A stretch of DNA of 64,000 bases from Rhynchopus sp. YZ270_cl-10 (Eukaryota), in assembly GCA_964035575.1 (NCBI GenBank), contig OZ037842.1, positions 1,364,001 to 1,428,000 on the forward strand, in the 5' to 3' direction. The translations under genes and the position numbers were made by a program. The notes beneath the pieces were generated by a model. It worked only from the letters and a program-made list of their open reading frames with translations. It had not been told where the DNA came from and did not search any database. This document shows positions 11,230-23,951 of this stretch, one piece after another (position 1 is the stretch's first letter; each line of letters opens with the position of its first letter).

Positions 11230-12723
11230 GGTAGCGTTTCTGTTACACTGTACCGAGCGCATCACTAACGTTTATTTATTTACGGGTGGTGTCTGCCCAA
11301 GAGACCAAGACAGGTCACTTTATCAACTTTATTTGAGGAATTATCTAAAAAAATTCCTATATTTTTTTTGTCCGTTCAAAAACATTGCTAGTACGCAGTA
11401 TCATTTTTTTTTGCCGCTTTTCTCTACATTATTTCCCCTTTTTTTTTTGTCATCCAATGTTAAGTGAAAAAAATGGTGTGGTGTGCCCACGAGGCTTGCT
11501 CATCTTTTAAAGCTTTCTTATGCAATTCTTTTTTCCCCCCTGGCAGAAATCCCTTTCCCGCCCGACATTCTGGGTACAAAATATACCCGGTGTTTGTGTG
11601 TTTTTCTTTCTTTCTTTTTTCTTTTTTGTTGTTTTTCAATTATTTCTACCCTCCGTTTCAAGCTTGCACTCCCATCCCCTTTCGTAGGTGACCTGAGCTG
11701 TGTGGCTTAGGTATATTTTACCAACCTCTCTTTAAAAAGTCTTTAAACTATGTGTGCACACGTGATGTACATTCATCTACAAGACTTTTTTTTTTACTTC
11801 ATCATCCCATTCATCGTTTTGGCTCTTATTGGACGCGCTTTTGTCCACTATTGACTTTCAAAAAACATTATTGTGCGCTTTTGACACGAGCCACTGAGGC
11901 GCGCAAACCACGTGTCTCAATGCAGGCATTCACGCTTGCGTCAACCTCTTTGTAAAGAAGTGTGTGTACAAGAGTCACATCCATCTTTCATTTTATTTCC
12001 TTTTGAGAAACATTCGTTCGGGGTTATCTGGCCTGTTCATTGTTGTTTTCCAGAATGTTTTTTTTTGGTGACTAGCACAGGATTCATTGCCAACCTTTCT
12101 CGTTTTTTTAAAAGGTGACTAAGCACACAGAGAGGCTTAGGTTCATCTCACAAACTTTTTTAAAAATACTTTTTGTGACCATGCATTCCTTTTCGAGAAA
12201 TAAAGTTTCTGCAATACTTTTATAACAACATTAAATGTTTCCAACAGTTGTCACATGCACAGTCAATGTCTTCGAAGATGACTAAGCACTGCGAAGCTTA
12301 GGCCGGTCATCCATTTAACCAAACTTTTTCGATCTGCTTGATCATTTTATACTGGGTTCGATAAACCAAGCGGACCCAGTGTCCTGCGTCCGCCGATGTA
12401 CGGCGAGGTGTTTGCACTTTCAACTTCTCTTTTATGCCTTGCAAACATATTCCTGCAGAGATGCCTCTTTTTTCTTTTTTTTTTCTGGCATTTCTGTCGA
12501 CAAAGAGCGAAGCGTATCTTCAAAAGACTTCGCGGTCGTTTTTTTTGGGGGGAGGGGTCAAAAGTTTTTCCCTCAGAGATGCTGATGGAAAAACTGGAAA
12601 AAAAAGTGGAGATTGCACAACTGTGGCAACACAACCGAGGCAACTCCAACAATTTATCAAAAAAAAAGTTACGATTATAACAATAGTGGAGCACACTCTA
12701 GGGTGGCTACACTAATACAACCA

Positions 12724-15420
12724 CACGGTGGCCCAGCGGACCCTTTTGGGGGTACCCCCAAAAGGGGTACCCCGCAGGGTAGGGTACCACACAGGGTAGG
12801 GTCCGCGGGGGGTACCCCCTCGCGTGGGCTACCCCAGGGGGTACCCCACAGGGTTGGGTAGGGTCCGCGCGGGGTACCCTTTGGGGGGTTTGGGGTACCC
12901 CCTGCACACCCGGTGGCTATTGCCTCCCAGGGAAAGGGACTCTCAAAAATTTTTTTTGCCCTATATAGGCCTAATTTCGACGATTTGAGGCCATTAAAAG
13001 CAAAAATTGGCACTTTTGAGCATCTGTGGGGGTCTAAAACGTGGTTTTGTGCAGCCGATTTTTCGTGGTTTTTTTACCAAAGACAAGTCGATTTTTGACC
13101 AATTTTTCATGAAAAATGTGAAGGAAATCGCTTAGGAACTTAGCTGTGTACGTGTTCTAGCTACTGCATACACCGCGGGGTATAACCAAAATGACCGTAT
13201 TTTGGCTGAAATTTCGACTTGACAATTTTTCCTCGATTTGGTCAATCTGAGGTTTTGTTTGGGGTTTTTGGGCCATTTTATGACCAACCACGCCCGCATA
13301 CGTGGGAAATTACGCGCGCAATGACGACGTCACGGCGTGGGGAGCCCTCGTAATTACGAGGGGTGCTCCCGTGATCCTTTGAGGCCATTAAAAGCAAAAT
13401 TTGGCACTTTTGAGCATCTGTGGGGGTCTAAAACGTGGTTTCGCGCCCGAAAAGTCGTGATTTTACCAAAGACGCGTCGATTTTTGACCCAAATTTTTTT
13501 TTCTTCTCGCCCAAAATCGGGCGTGGTAGGTCATAAATGGCCCAAAAAATCCAAAGCCTCAATGAGCAAATTGTGAAAAAAAAAAATTGGTCGAAGTTTT
13601 GGTCATTTTTACCATGTGGCAACAAATAGAATGCAGGGATCAGTATCAGTGGGATTGTTCCTGCAGTGATGTTCTCGTACCTGGAGAGTAGGCCGAGCGA
13701 GTGCTGCAAGGTATGTTTTTAAGCCCCGGTTTTTACACCCCCCCGCTCCCCTTTTCGCCTTTGTCCCGCTCGGATGTAAATCGAAGCATATTTTTATTGT
13801 CAAAATTGTCACTTTTACTTTTTTATCATGGCATCTCGTAACCTCTACAACTCTTTTACGTCAGGGAACCGGATGAGGTGCTACTTCCGGACTGAGGAAG
13901 GGCAGTCTTTTACTTTCTTTTTTGCATGGAAGAGGTACGGAGCGGCTTCTTGTTTGTTTGTTTGATTTTTTTTGTTGTAGTCTCTACTTTTGCACTCAAT
14001 TTCTCTCAACAGGTACCCGAACCGACGACCCTTCATCGTGACAGCGAAACAGTGCCGATAGAGCTGGTGCAATTATTGCAAACCGGGTGGGGACCGCAAA
14101 AGTTGGGTTTTTAAACCAATTTTTCCATTAACCCACCCCATAGACCGCCCCAATTATTATGAAACTCTTAGTCAGTCACTGCTATAGCCATTAACCCAGG
14201 GAGCATAGCTAGTGCAAAAAATTCGACTTCGGGATCCGGAAAGTCTGTCCTCTGCTCTTGCGGAGGACTACAGTAGACACAAGAAAATATCGCGTTCCCC
14301 CAGAAAACCAATTTTTGTCACAGTATTTTTTGCCCAGGGCATGCTCTTGAAGCATGGCGGCTTGGTGTGAGAAGGGGCAGTGTATTGTTTTGTTCTAGAT
14401 TTCAACGGTTGTTAGAACGAGTCAAGTGGATGCTTATCTAAACACTGACGGTAGTACAGACCCGAGAGATCAGAAATGACTTTGAGGAAAGAACAAAGCA
14501 ATGCATCTGTACCCGCACGCCAGGTTGTAGTTACTTCAGAATTTTCTTAAGTTTGCGCGAAAGAGAGCGGGGGCAACTCCTTTGTGTCATGAGTCCGCTG
14601 TGCAGCACAAAGCGAGGAACCTTAAAACACTACCTGCGTGGTGGCTGAATTCACATCCCTTAGAATTACCAGAATTCAGCCTTTGTTGAAGTAACGTACA
14701 TACTTGTATGTGCGTGTCACGCTTCTCCACCCTTAAATGGGTGCACTGCTTCACTGCAGCGGGTAAGCCTCTCTCGACTAGTGCGAACTTAAGAATGTTC
14801 TGCTGCAACTTACCAAAATCGATTTTCTCACCCCAAACACCCGCAACACCCCACCTGCTACTTCGGTAGCCTGTGTTGTTGGGAGTTGGTTCTCATGTTG
14901 ATCCCCAGTGACTGTCTTGCACTGCTTCTTCTGAGCCCAACGCTGTTTGGCCTGTCGACGGGGTAATAAATACGAAGACAGGGGGGCGGTGCCAACAATT
15001 TTCCGATGATGTAACGTTTATCTGATTGATTTATCGTTTGATATACCTTGTGTGTCCTTCTTCATGCACACCAAGCAACATATATTGAACGGTATTTTCA
15101 AGCGATACTTCGTTATGTCATCGGGGGGCGGACCCCACGCGGACCCTTGACTCTGGCACTCTGGCTGTACCTGTGTACCTGTGTACCTGTGTACCTGTGT
15201 ACCTGTGTACCTGTGTACCTGTGTACCTGTGTACCTGTGTACCTGTGTACCTGTGTACCTGTGTACCCCCAGTGCCAGTCAGGGTCCGCGCGGGGTACCC
15301 CAGGGGGTACCCCCGGGGGTAGTCTGGGGGGTACCCCATGGGGTACCCCTCAGATTTGGGGGGTACCCCATGGGGTACCCCCCGCGGACCCTACCCTAAG
15401 GGTAGGAATGGGCCACCGTG
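12724..15420. mobile_element. Non-autonomous DNA transposon A (CACGGTG termini, 2-bp TSD CA; CMC/EnSpm-like)
   Basis: cacggtggccc at 12724 and gggccaccgtg ending at 15420, with CA on both flanks. GGTACC/CGGACCC subterminal repeats at both ends. The rejoined flanks match an uninterrupted repeat at ~17572-17604. Confidence 0.85.
15166..15267. repeat. Tandem array (TGTACCTG)~12-13 inside transposon A
   Basis: Perfect 8-mer array; the reverse complement reads (ACAGGTAC)n. Confidence 0.95.
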
Positions 15421-16159
15421 CAAGTTTTCAAAAAAAAAAAAAAAGAAGACCGAAAAATTACCGCGTAGTCAGCGTCACACCTACCTCTCGGCACCTATCG
15501 GTAGGTAACAGTGAAAAGAAGGGCAGCCGCCCCCGGTGTTCTTCCGGAACCCTGCTCCATGCTTGGGGTCAGAGGCGGCGATGAGGTGCCCTGCACCTGG
15601 TCTGTGTCAGGTTTATACAAAGCAACATTATAATAAAACAAAACACAAAAAAAATAGCCTGACATGGATCTCAAAGTAAAGCAAGTAATAAGGGTATTCG
15701 GCGGCTGTTGTACGTTATTTTATTTTTTTTTGTTCGCGACAATAAATATAAACACAACTAAGCGCCCTGGTTCAACAACCCCGTGAACCAATTACCCTGC
15801 GTCCGCCAAATGAACGGTGAGGCGTTCGCACTTTCAAACCTCTCTCTCTCTCTCTCTTTTTATTTTTTTTTTTTCCCCTTCCCGCAGCGCACTGTGCTGC
15901 TTCCTGTCTAAAAAAAAAAAATAAAATCATCTTTCTTCATCGAGTGTGTGTGTGTTTCTTTTCAAAAAGGGGGGGTAATGTCCATGAGACCCATTCCTTT
16001 TTTTTAAAGAAAAGGTGACAAAGCTGCGAGGCTTAGTGTGAATCCCTTTTTTTCCCCCAACCCTTTTCCCCTGGTCCCCAGTGTCCGCTTCTCGTGTTGA
16101 GGGTTTTCGTTGCGAACTGCCAAAGAGAGAGAGAGGGGTGAGTGGACAGAGCGCGGTCA

Positions 16160-16270
16160 ATGGTAGTGGTGTTATGGTAATTGCCCAGCATAATACATAA
16201 TATACATCACAATACAGCTGTATTGCGATGTGTATTATGTATCATGATGGGAAATTATCACAATACAATC
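16160..16270. repeat. Palindromic MITE-like repeat centred on aatacagctgtatt
   Basis: Imperfect palindrome. Related copy at ~45077-45170 and a deleted copy at ~36018-36060. Confidence 0.7.
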
Positions 16271-16685
16271 AGTCAGTTACCCCCTTCCGTGGAGTATGAT
16301 TTTTTTTTCTTTCTCAGTGCCGGTGGTTTGTGCACTTTTCAACTTCACTTTTTTAGATTGTTCTGTGCTCAAAAGGCACATTCATCTTTCAAGGGTTCTC
16401 TCTTCTTGGTAGGCTTTGTATTTAAAGTTTTTTTTTTTTTTTGAGTTTTTTTTTTTCTCTGGTGTCGGGCCGCATGGAATCTGTTGAATGCGCGTCTAAT
16501 TAATTGAGATGTCCGCACCAACTACTGAGCAAAGCCTTCAGACTGCTAGCACAACACCATCTGGGCAGTACTATGTGGCGCGGCTGCCAAAATTACCGGT
16601 AGTCAGACAATTTTTTTTAAAAAAAGGTGACTAAACACGAGAGTCTTAATAGTTCATCTTTATCAACGTTACGCCTTTTTTTTCT

Positions 16686-16770
16686 GGGGTTCGATAACCC
16701 GCGGAGATTCAGTGCCCTGCGTCCGCCGATGAACGGTGAGGCATGTGCACTTCCAACTTCTCTTTTTTTT
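16686..16770 (+). repeat. Representative of dispersed hairpin repeat family 2 (ggggttcgataaccc..agtgccctgcgtcc..gaggcgtttgcactttcaacttc)
   Basis: Full or partial copies near 765, 3805, 12354, 15768, 16316, 17368, 18782, 19600, 24660, 28655, 29085, 32240, 33120 and 39203, same orientation. Confidence 0.85.
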
Positions 16771-17994
16771 CCTTCCGCAGAGACGTTAGGAACTCCTTTT
16801 TTTTGCATGGTTGCGGTCTAACCGGTCGTGTACCAAGGTACACTGTCACGAGAGGGCTTTGTATTTCAAGTCAATTGAACTTTGGGGATGTATCGGTTTT
16901 TTGAACGTCCTTTGTGTGCTTTCTCTTCTTTGAATGGAAAGTACGTGAAATTATTTTTTAAATGTATGTGCACAGAGACACATTCATTTTACAAAGTTTT
17001 CTTTTTCAGGTCTCCAACTTAACGCCACATCTGCCCCATTCTGGACAGAGCATGTCGTTTATGTACCACCCTTTTCATCTTCGCTACGTAAGGAATCATC
17101 CTATGATTCAGAGATGGCGTTTTGGGGTTTTTTTTTAGGGGGTCTAAAAAAATTTTCCCCGGAGATGCTGATCGACAACTGCATCTTTTCTTTCAAAATA
17201 AAATAAAATCATTTTCCCCCAGCCAAATGTGCCGGCGTCCAGGAGGCGTCTTGCACGATCAACCTTTGCTCTTCTGTTGGTTGACTAAGCAGAGACTCGC
17301 CAAATCTTCTCTCTCTTTTTGTCCTGCGTACAGTTTTCCTGTCAGCAACTCCCAAGTGCAACACTCAGGGTTTGATACCCAAGGAGTGTCGGTGCTCGCG
17401 TCCCAGAGGCGTTTGTTTGCACTATCAACTTCACTTTTTATTCGCGGAGTGTGCGTTTGCACTGTCAACTTCACTTTTTATTTTTTATTTTTAGTTATTT
17501 GCAGATCTATCAAGTGACGATATCCTGAAATTTTTGTCCTGGATCTGACACCAAAAAAAAATATCAAGTGGAGTGTCTACACCAATGCAACCAAGTTTTC
17601 AAAATAAACAAAAACAGACAATACAAAAAAGATGAAGGAAATGGAGCTAGCTCAGATGGCAGCTACACTTTATCTAACATATTGTCACAAAAGAAAAAAA
17701 AGGAAATTCATTCCCTGTGGACAGTCCTTTAAAAAAAAAAAATGCACTTCTTTGCGGGGGAACAGTATCCGACCACAGAGGCGATTGTGCACCTTTTTAA
17801 CATCTTTTTTTCATGCTTCCTTTTCTCTGAACAGAAAGTACATGAAGTTAACTTCCCTTTTTTCCCCCTCACAATGAGTGAGCAAATGCTTAGTCTCATT
17901 TGACCAACTTTTCTTCGGTACGTATCCTGAGTGATTTCACGACCACGCCTGCACAAGGTAACTGGTACTCCGTACCAGACGTACCCTTCAGGGA

Positions 17995-18117
17995 TCATAC
18001 ACGACGGTAAAGTAAATGACTTGACTTGTGGTTTTATTTGTGTTCACCGTTGTAAACCAACGGTGGAACCACAAATAAAACCACAAGTCAACTCATTTAC
18101 TTTACCGTCGTGTATGA
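17995..18117. mobile_element. Near-perfect ~120-bp foldback MITE
   Basis: tcatacacgacggtaaagtaaatga..cttgtggttttatttgtg mirrored by cacaaataaaaccacaag..tcatttactttaccgtcgtgtatga. Could be CAC..GTG (18000-18112) with a TA TSD. Confidence 0.8.
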
Positions 18118-19846
18118 GTCACTTCGTGTGCCCCCCCTGGAGATGTGTTCCGCAGGGTCGTGGGTCCTTAGGTGCGTGATCAGCGCTTTCAAGATATTCT
18201 TTACTTCTTAGTTCTGCTGTGCCCGTAAGGCCTTTTCATCTCCCCCCCGTTCTTTTTTTTTTTTTGTATTGTCTTTTTGCTAAGGTACTGTCATGGTACT
18301 CTGGGTAACTCTCTAGTGGGTGGCAACGATATGTGCGTTTGTACAACACTTACGTTTAAAGTTTTTCAAAAAGAAGAGAAAAGAAAAAAACAACAACACG
18401 TGGAGGACTGTAGGGAACGTGAAGCTTGCCTGCGTTGCGACTGCACTGTTCCATCAATCTCTCTAACAAAACAAAAACGTGTCAGACCAGAGTTCTTATT
18501 TGTCTCATCTCTGCCACACTCTTAGGGACGAGGTGTGCTGTCTGTGTGTATCCTAACCCTTTTCGGGTGATCTTTGATTACAGAGCCTCCCTCTTTGGTA
18601 GGTGCTTGTCGATGCAAAAAACGAAAAAAGTGGGCATTCAGTTAGTTTGTACGCAAAATCCGAGCAAGAATCTTTTTGTGTGAAACTGAAGATTGGTGAT
18701 GTGGTTTCAATAAAGAAAAGTAGGTTCGTTTCTTGCCCAAGCGCACTGCTCGCACCCCCCCTTTTTTTTGAAGTGCTCTCTGGGGTTCGATAACCCATGG
18801 AGAATCAGTGCCTGCATCTGAGGTGTTTGCACTTTTCAACTTCTCTTTTTTTGCAATGACACAACTGTGTTTAAATAATCAATAAAAATGGTTTTTCCCA
18901 AAGCGATACCAAACGAATGCGTGGAATTGTCCTACAGTATGGAGGTTTTTGAACCAAACGAAAAAAAGTGTTTTTAAAAGGTGACTGAGCATAAGCACTG
19001 TGAGGGAATTGCTTAGGTTCATCTAACAAACCTTTTCTTCTTCTTTTGAGATTCTTAATCTACACCTGAAGGACGAAGGAATCATTTATTCCCTTTTCCC
19101 TCCCTTACATCCCTTCTTCTCTTTCCTGGTACCCCCTTGGTAAAAAATACAATACCTTGGGACAGTAACAAACCCGCGTGACATACGTGGCTTATTTTGC
19201 TGATGTATATTTTCCTCATTTTTTAAACCACCAACGGCAATGCCCTTTTGCTTTTGGGGTTATTACAATTTTTAAAATATTGGCTGAATATGCCAGGTCT
19301 GTCAGGTCCAAACAAAGCAAAACTATAACAAAAAAAACAAAACACAAAAAAACAACCTGGTACAGATCTCAACGTGAAAGAAAAAAAAAAATTACCACAA
19401 ACGAAATTTCTTTGGGTGGAGGATGATCTGCGTATACCTTTGAAAATTCATTAGCCTTCGGGCGACTTTGTGTACAGAACCCGTCGACTCGGACAGCCAA
19501 AAAAAGAAGAAAAAAAAGTTGTGGTTGTTATCTTACCATGCTTTTGCAATCTGAATACACTCTTTGAGTCATTCATCTTTTAAGGTTGGACGTTTCCGAG
19601 GTTCAGGAAAACCCCGCAGTGAACAAACGACCTGCGCTGATTTCCGGTGAGGTGTTTTTTTTTTTTTTTTTTTTTTTGCACTCACGGTGCAGTCTGTCCT
19701 GGAAATGTCGGACCCTTTTGTCGGAGTCCGAGGGGGTCCGACAGTCGGACCCCCTGAGTCCGACAGTCGGACTCAGGGGTCCGACTGTCGGACTCACAGT
19801 CGGACCCCTGAGTCCGACTGCCGGACCCTGGGGTCCGACAGGCACA

Positions 19847-19966
19847 CCCAGGTGCCCAGGTGCCCAGGTACCCAGGTACCCAGGTACCCAGGTACCCAGG
19901 TACCCAGGTACCCAGGTACCCAGGTACCCAGGTACCCAGGTCCAGGTCCAGGAACAGGTACCCAGG
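19847..19966. repeat. Tandem array (CCAGGTAC)~12 inside transposon B
   Basis: 8-mer array with degenerate ends. Confidence 0.95.
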
Positions 19967-21932
19967 AACAGGAAAAAAGTCGTGAAAGAGCAACCACAGC
20001 TCCACATGACAAACACAAAAGTGTCCAGTCACGTGGGGCATTCATGCACTGAGGAGATAATGATCCAACAATTTACAAGAAAGATTACTTAACCTACTGC
20101 TGGAAATTGCCAGGTCGTAGTAACACACAAAGTGTGCCTCCGTTCGGGAAGACCGGATATTCTAGAGACCAGAAAGGCCTCAAGAATATCTTCCGGTAGT
20201 CAAGGTAGAACCGAGTGAACGGCCCAAGACCCCCGTGGAGAAGTTAAATGTTGTAATGCTATCAGGTAGAAACTGCGAACACTGTCTTACCCTCCTCAAT
20301 GCATGGTGGTTGATGTCTTCCACAACAAATTTCCTGTACCCAGGTACCCAAATTCCCAGACCCACGCAGTGGCACATGACCGCCAAGTGTGAGTGACCCA
20401 CACATGAGGGAATGCGACACTACGCAAAATTTACCACCAGACCCTGTCTTCGTGCACCTGAAGTACAACGCCGCAGACAGGCCAAACATGCGTTGGACTC
20501 AGAGGAATGCCCGCTGTGCAGGTATCAAACATGAGAACCAACTCCCAGCAACAAGGGGCGCCTTTTGGCGGGCGTTGTTGAGGGTGTTTGGGGTGCAAAG
20601 TTTTCCACAATTTTGATGCGCGGGTACAGAAGTGTTGTCTTGTTCTTTCATCTCTAGGAATGTAAATGTCAATCGCGTTTAACTACCACGAGGGCTTGTT
20701 TAGTGAACCCACGAGGGGTCGAAGGGGGTTGGTTATCCCATATCTATCAAAGGTTGTGTCGACCAGGCGAATCCACTATGTTACGCTGTACGTTGTTAAA
20801 TCCGAAGAAATAACGCTTTAGCAGCCGCAGGAAGTTTGTTAAAAAGAGTGCCTCACGCTACACAAACCACCACCCGCGATTGACTTAGATGTTATAACAA
20901 AGAGAATTCAGAACAAAACAACACCCTGCCCCATACACACTAAATTGTCATGCTTCAAGAGCATGCCTGGGCCAAAATTACTGTGACAAAAAGGCAACAA
21001 GACCACCCACAAGGAGTGTGAAATGTGCACTGGTTTTCTGGGGGAACGCAATATTTTCTTGTGCCTCGTCCTCCGCAAGCAGAGGACAGACTTTCCGGAA
21101 GGTTTCCAAAGTCGAATTTCTTGCACTAGCTATGCTCCCTGGGTTAAATGGCAATAGCAGTGACTGACAAAGTGTACCCATCCCCCTTCCACCCCAGATC
21201 TTAGTCCGCAAACTCAGAATGGATTGATGCGGGTGATACTCTTTGGATTTTGAGTTGCTGAATGTCGGAGACGCGGCGAGGCTTCTCATCACAATCGCAG
21301 ATGCAGTTCAGATTTCACGATCCTGTGATGAGTGTAAATGTGGAGTGTGATTAATGAATGAAATGTATGGTGTAGAAACGCAGTTATCGGGAAAGGTGAG
21401 GTTAATGTGGTAAAAAAAGGGGATAAAACTCGTGTAATTTTGTGAATTCCCACAAAGGTGGGTGATAATGTGCCCTTTGTCACTCAATTGTAACCGAGAA
21501 TGTATGGGAGAATGAAATATTATTTCCCAACCCAACAACAACGATAAAGCGTGAAGACAATAAATGAAATCAAAGCGGAATAAATTTGAGGTTTTGTGAG
21601 GCACTCAACGAGTGTGCCGGCTCTGTGGCGTCACGGAGCCACCAACACTCCCCAGTCATTTTTCCTGCGCTTCCAGGAAAACTCGCGTTTGCGACCAGGC
21701 CGAAACGAAAAAATTTAATTCACAGCAAACAGGTGTGAGGGAGAAGAAAAGAAAGTGAACAAAAACGAAAAAACAATGTTTTTCTGAAATGTGATGTTGT
21801 TGGGGTGGGGAGAATAAAACAGTTCCAGAAAAGCTCCTGCGTCGGTTTTCTTTTGGTTAAAAAAATCACTCAGTAAAAAAAAGAACTTTTTCATCACTCC
21901 CCTCAAACACTGCCAAAACGAAGAAGGACAGG

Positions 21933-22091
21933 ATGTATGACACTTACGGATACCAAGTCTCAGCGGGTATGAGAAGCAAGGAGGTGTACAAGAAGAAATG
22001 GGACGAGTTCTTGCGGTTTTCAAACCTCGAGCGACTTGGTCCGCTTTGTATTGACACGGACCTCGACACCCCGACATGTACTGGCTTTTGA
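21933..22091 (+). pseudogene. Relic of a putative tyrosine recombinase N-terminus
   Basis: Translates to ..GMRSKEVYKKKWDEFLRFSNL.., homologous to the minus-strand relic at 22593-22820. Confidence 0.45.
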
Positions 22092-22592
22092 GAAAGGCAG
22101 TCGGTTCCTCGGTAGATTGCGTGCAAGTGAGGGAATATCCATCTGCTTGGAAGACGTCAAAACACCAAACATAGTATTTCGCGACATAAAGGGCAGATCA
22201 AATACTCACTGCCTTACATTCTCGGTTACAATTGAGTGACACAAAGGGCATATAATCTGCAAAATTACACGAGTTTTATTTCACTGAGTTAGATAATTAT
22301 TATCTCATGAAATAAAGTGAACATTATTTCACGAGGTGGTGGGTGACTCAAACTGGGGCTCAACTTCACGAAGCGAGTGGAGTTCAGCATTTTGATTTCA
22401 TGAGTGAAGTGAGTGTAATCATAAAAGTGATGTCACGAGCGATAGCGAGTGGGTATCACGTATTCCAGTTTGTGAATCACCCATCAGTTAAATAATGTTC
22501 ACTTTAGTTTTCGATACGTAATTTTATACCACGCGTGAAAAACGTAAACAGGTGAAAAAGTGAGTGAAATAAGATTCGTTTTATTTCACGTT

Positions 22593-22820
22593 TTATTTCA
22601 CGCAAATCGTGAAGGATTGGGTGGGGGAGTGAAATAAAAGATCACGGAGTGATCTGAAGGACACGACGTGTTCTTCCCTGGGCTCGTTCGCTCCTGAAAG
22701 TCTGTTGAAACGGAGGAAATCGTCCCATGTTTTCCTGTACTGCACACCACTGTTCATGTCGTCGAACAAGTTGTCATATGCATCCTCCATCTCCGCAAAC
22801 TTGCGCGTGGGTTTAGGCAT
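22593..22820 (-). pseudogene. Relic of a putative tyrosine recombinase N-terminus
   Basis: MPKPTRKFAEMEDAYDNLFDDMNSGVQYRKTWDDFLRFNRL; shares M.S...Y.K.WD.FLRF..L with 21933-22091. Confidence 0.45.
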
Positions 22821-23819
22821 GTGTGTAAGAGGCAATAAATAATCTGTAATTTGAAGTGTGGTGGTGTGAGGGGTGGAGCGTGGGCTCAACGTTCCACTGT
22901 TTACACCTATAAATACGTTTTTCACTTGTGGAATAAAATTACATATTGAGTGAAATAAGAACATTTTCTTGCACTTGCCACTAAAAAGGCACCCTCGTGA
23001 CTCTCTCACTCTTATTCCCCTCGCTTCGCTCGGGAAATAACGCACTCGGGCACCTTTTTAGTGGCGCGTGAAATAAAATAGTTCTTATTTCACTCGAATA
23101 AATAGTTATTATCTCACGGGCAATAATGTTGTGCTGCGTTTTCGAAATTCCTACAGTATATTTGACAAATGATGTATGACCACCTAGTACGGGGCGTCAA
23201 GGTTGGGTATGGTGAACAGTTCCTCGAAGTCCTATGACTGCAACCCTTTTGGTTGCATGCGCAGATCTCCTCCACATTGCTTTTGCGCCTACTCTCGGCA
23301 TGGGTTTTGTTTTGTTCTTTGTGTGCGGAGATAATGTCTACTGTATTTTGTGTAATCTCCAGGAAGGAATTTCGAAAACGCGGCTAAACATTATTACACA
23401 AGTGAGATAAAAAATTGTTGGCTCTCTCTCTGTTGTTTTGGCTTTTGTTTTTTTGTCTATTTGTGACGAGGCCTGGAACACCTGAACATAGGCATATCTG
23501 GAAAATCTATCTGAGGTGTGGCAAATTAAATATATTCAAGCGTGTGGTTGAGGCGCACCTAAACATAAGTAAGTGCCAAGTCTGAACATTTATTTTCAGA
23601 GGCCTTAGTGAGGCTGTTTCGGCCTCGTTGCATTGTATCATGATGTAATAAGGTTCACATACTTTCGATTCAAAGAAGAGAAAGCACACAAGAAAATAAA
23701 ATGCTGCAAACCACTGGGTGTGTTGTTTGCATCTACACAAGTAACTGAAAGTTAAACATTTACATACCTTGTCTTCCCCGTAGCCTCCGCCTTCGCTGCT
23801 GTCAAGCTGCCTTCTCTTG

Positions 23820-23951
23820 GTACCCAGTACCCAGTACCCAGTACCCAGTACCCAGTACCCAGTACCCAGTACCCAGTACCCAGTACCCAGTACCCAGTAC
23901 CCAGTACCCAGTACCCAGTACCCAGTACCCAGTACCCAGTACCCAGTACCC
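23820..23951. repeat. Tandem array (GTACCCA)~19 inside transposon B
   Basis: Perfect 7-mer array; a one-base deletion variant of CCAGGTAC. Confidence 0.95.

Larger units (their letters stand above)
21423..23410. mobile_element. Chain of inverted-repeat modules with tyrosine-recombinase-like coding relics (putative Crypton-like non-autonomous elements)
   Basis: IR pairs at about 21423-21505/22215-22280, 22318/22501, 22519/22942, 22946/23097 and 23108/23410. Two short homologous reading frames lie inside. Confidence 0.55.

Noticed and set aside
13620..14900. Intact transposase inside transposon A (or at 20050-21300 in B)
   Set aside because: Only short broken frames with no recognisable catalytic motifs.
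15048..15584. Repetitive ORFs (CVPVYL, PRYPGTQV, GTGYWVL; also 19586-20092 and 23507-24046)
   Set aside because: They are translations of stop-free tandem arrays.
19707..19840. CRISPR-like palindromic repeats (also 24347-24478 and 12735-12902)
   Set aside because: There are no unique spacers and no cas genes, the context is eukaryotic, and they are explained as subterminal repeats of TIR elements.
23820..23951. Interstitial telomere array
   Set aside because: The unit TGGGTAC is not the TTAGGG typical of euglenozoans and is a variant of the transposon-associated CAGGTAC arrays.
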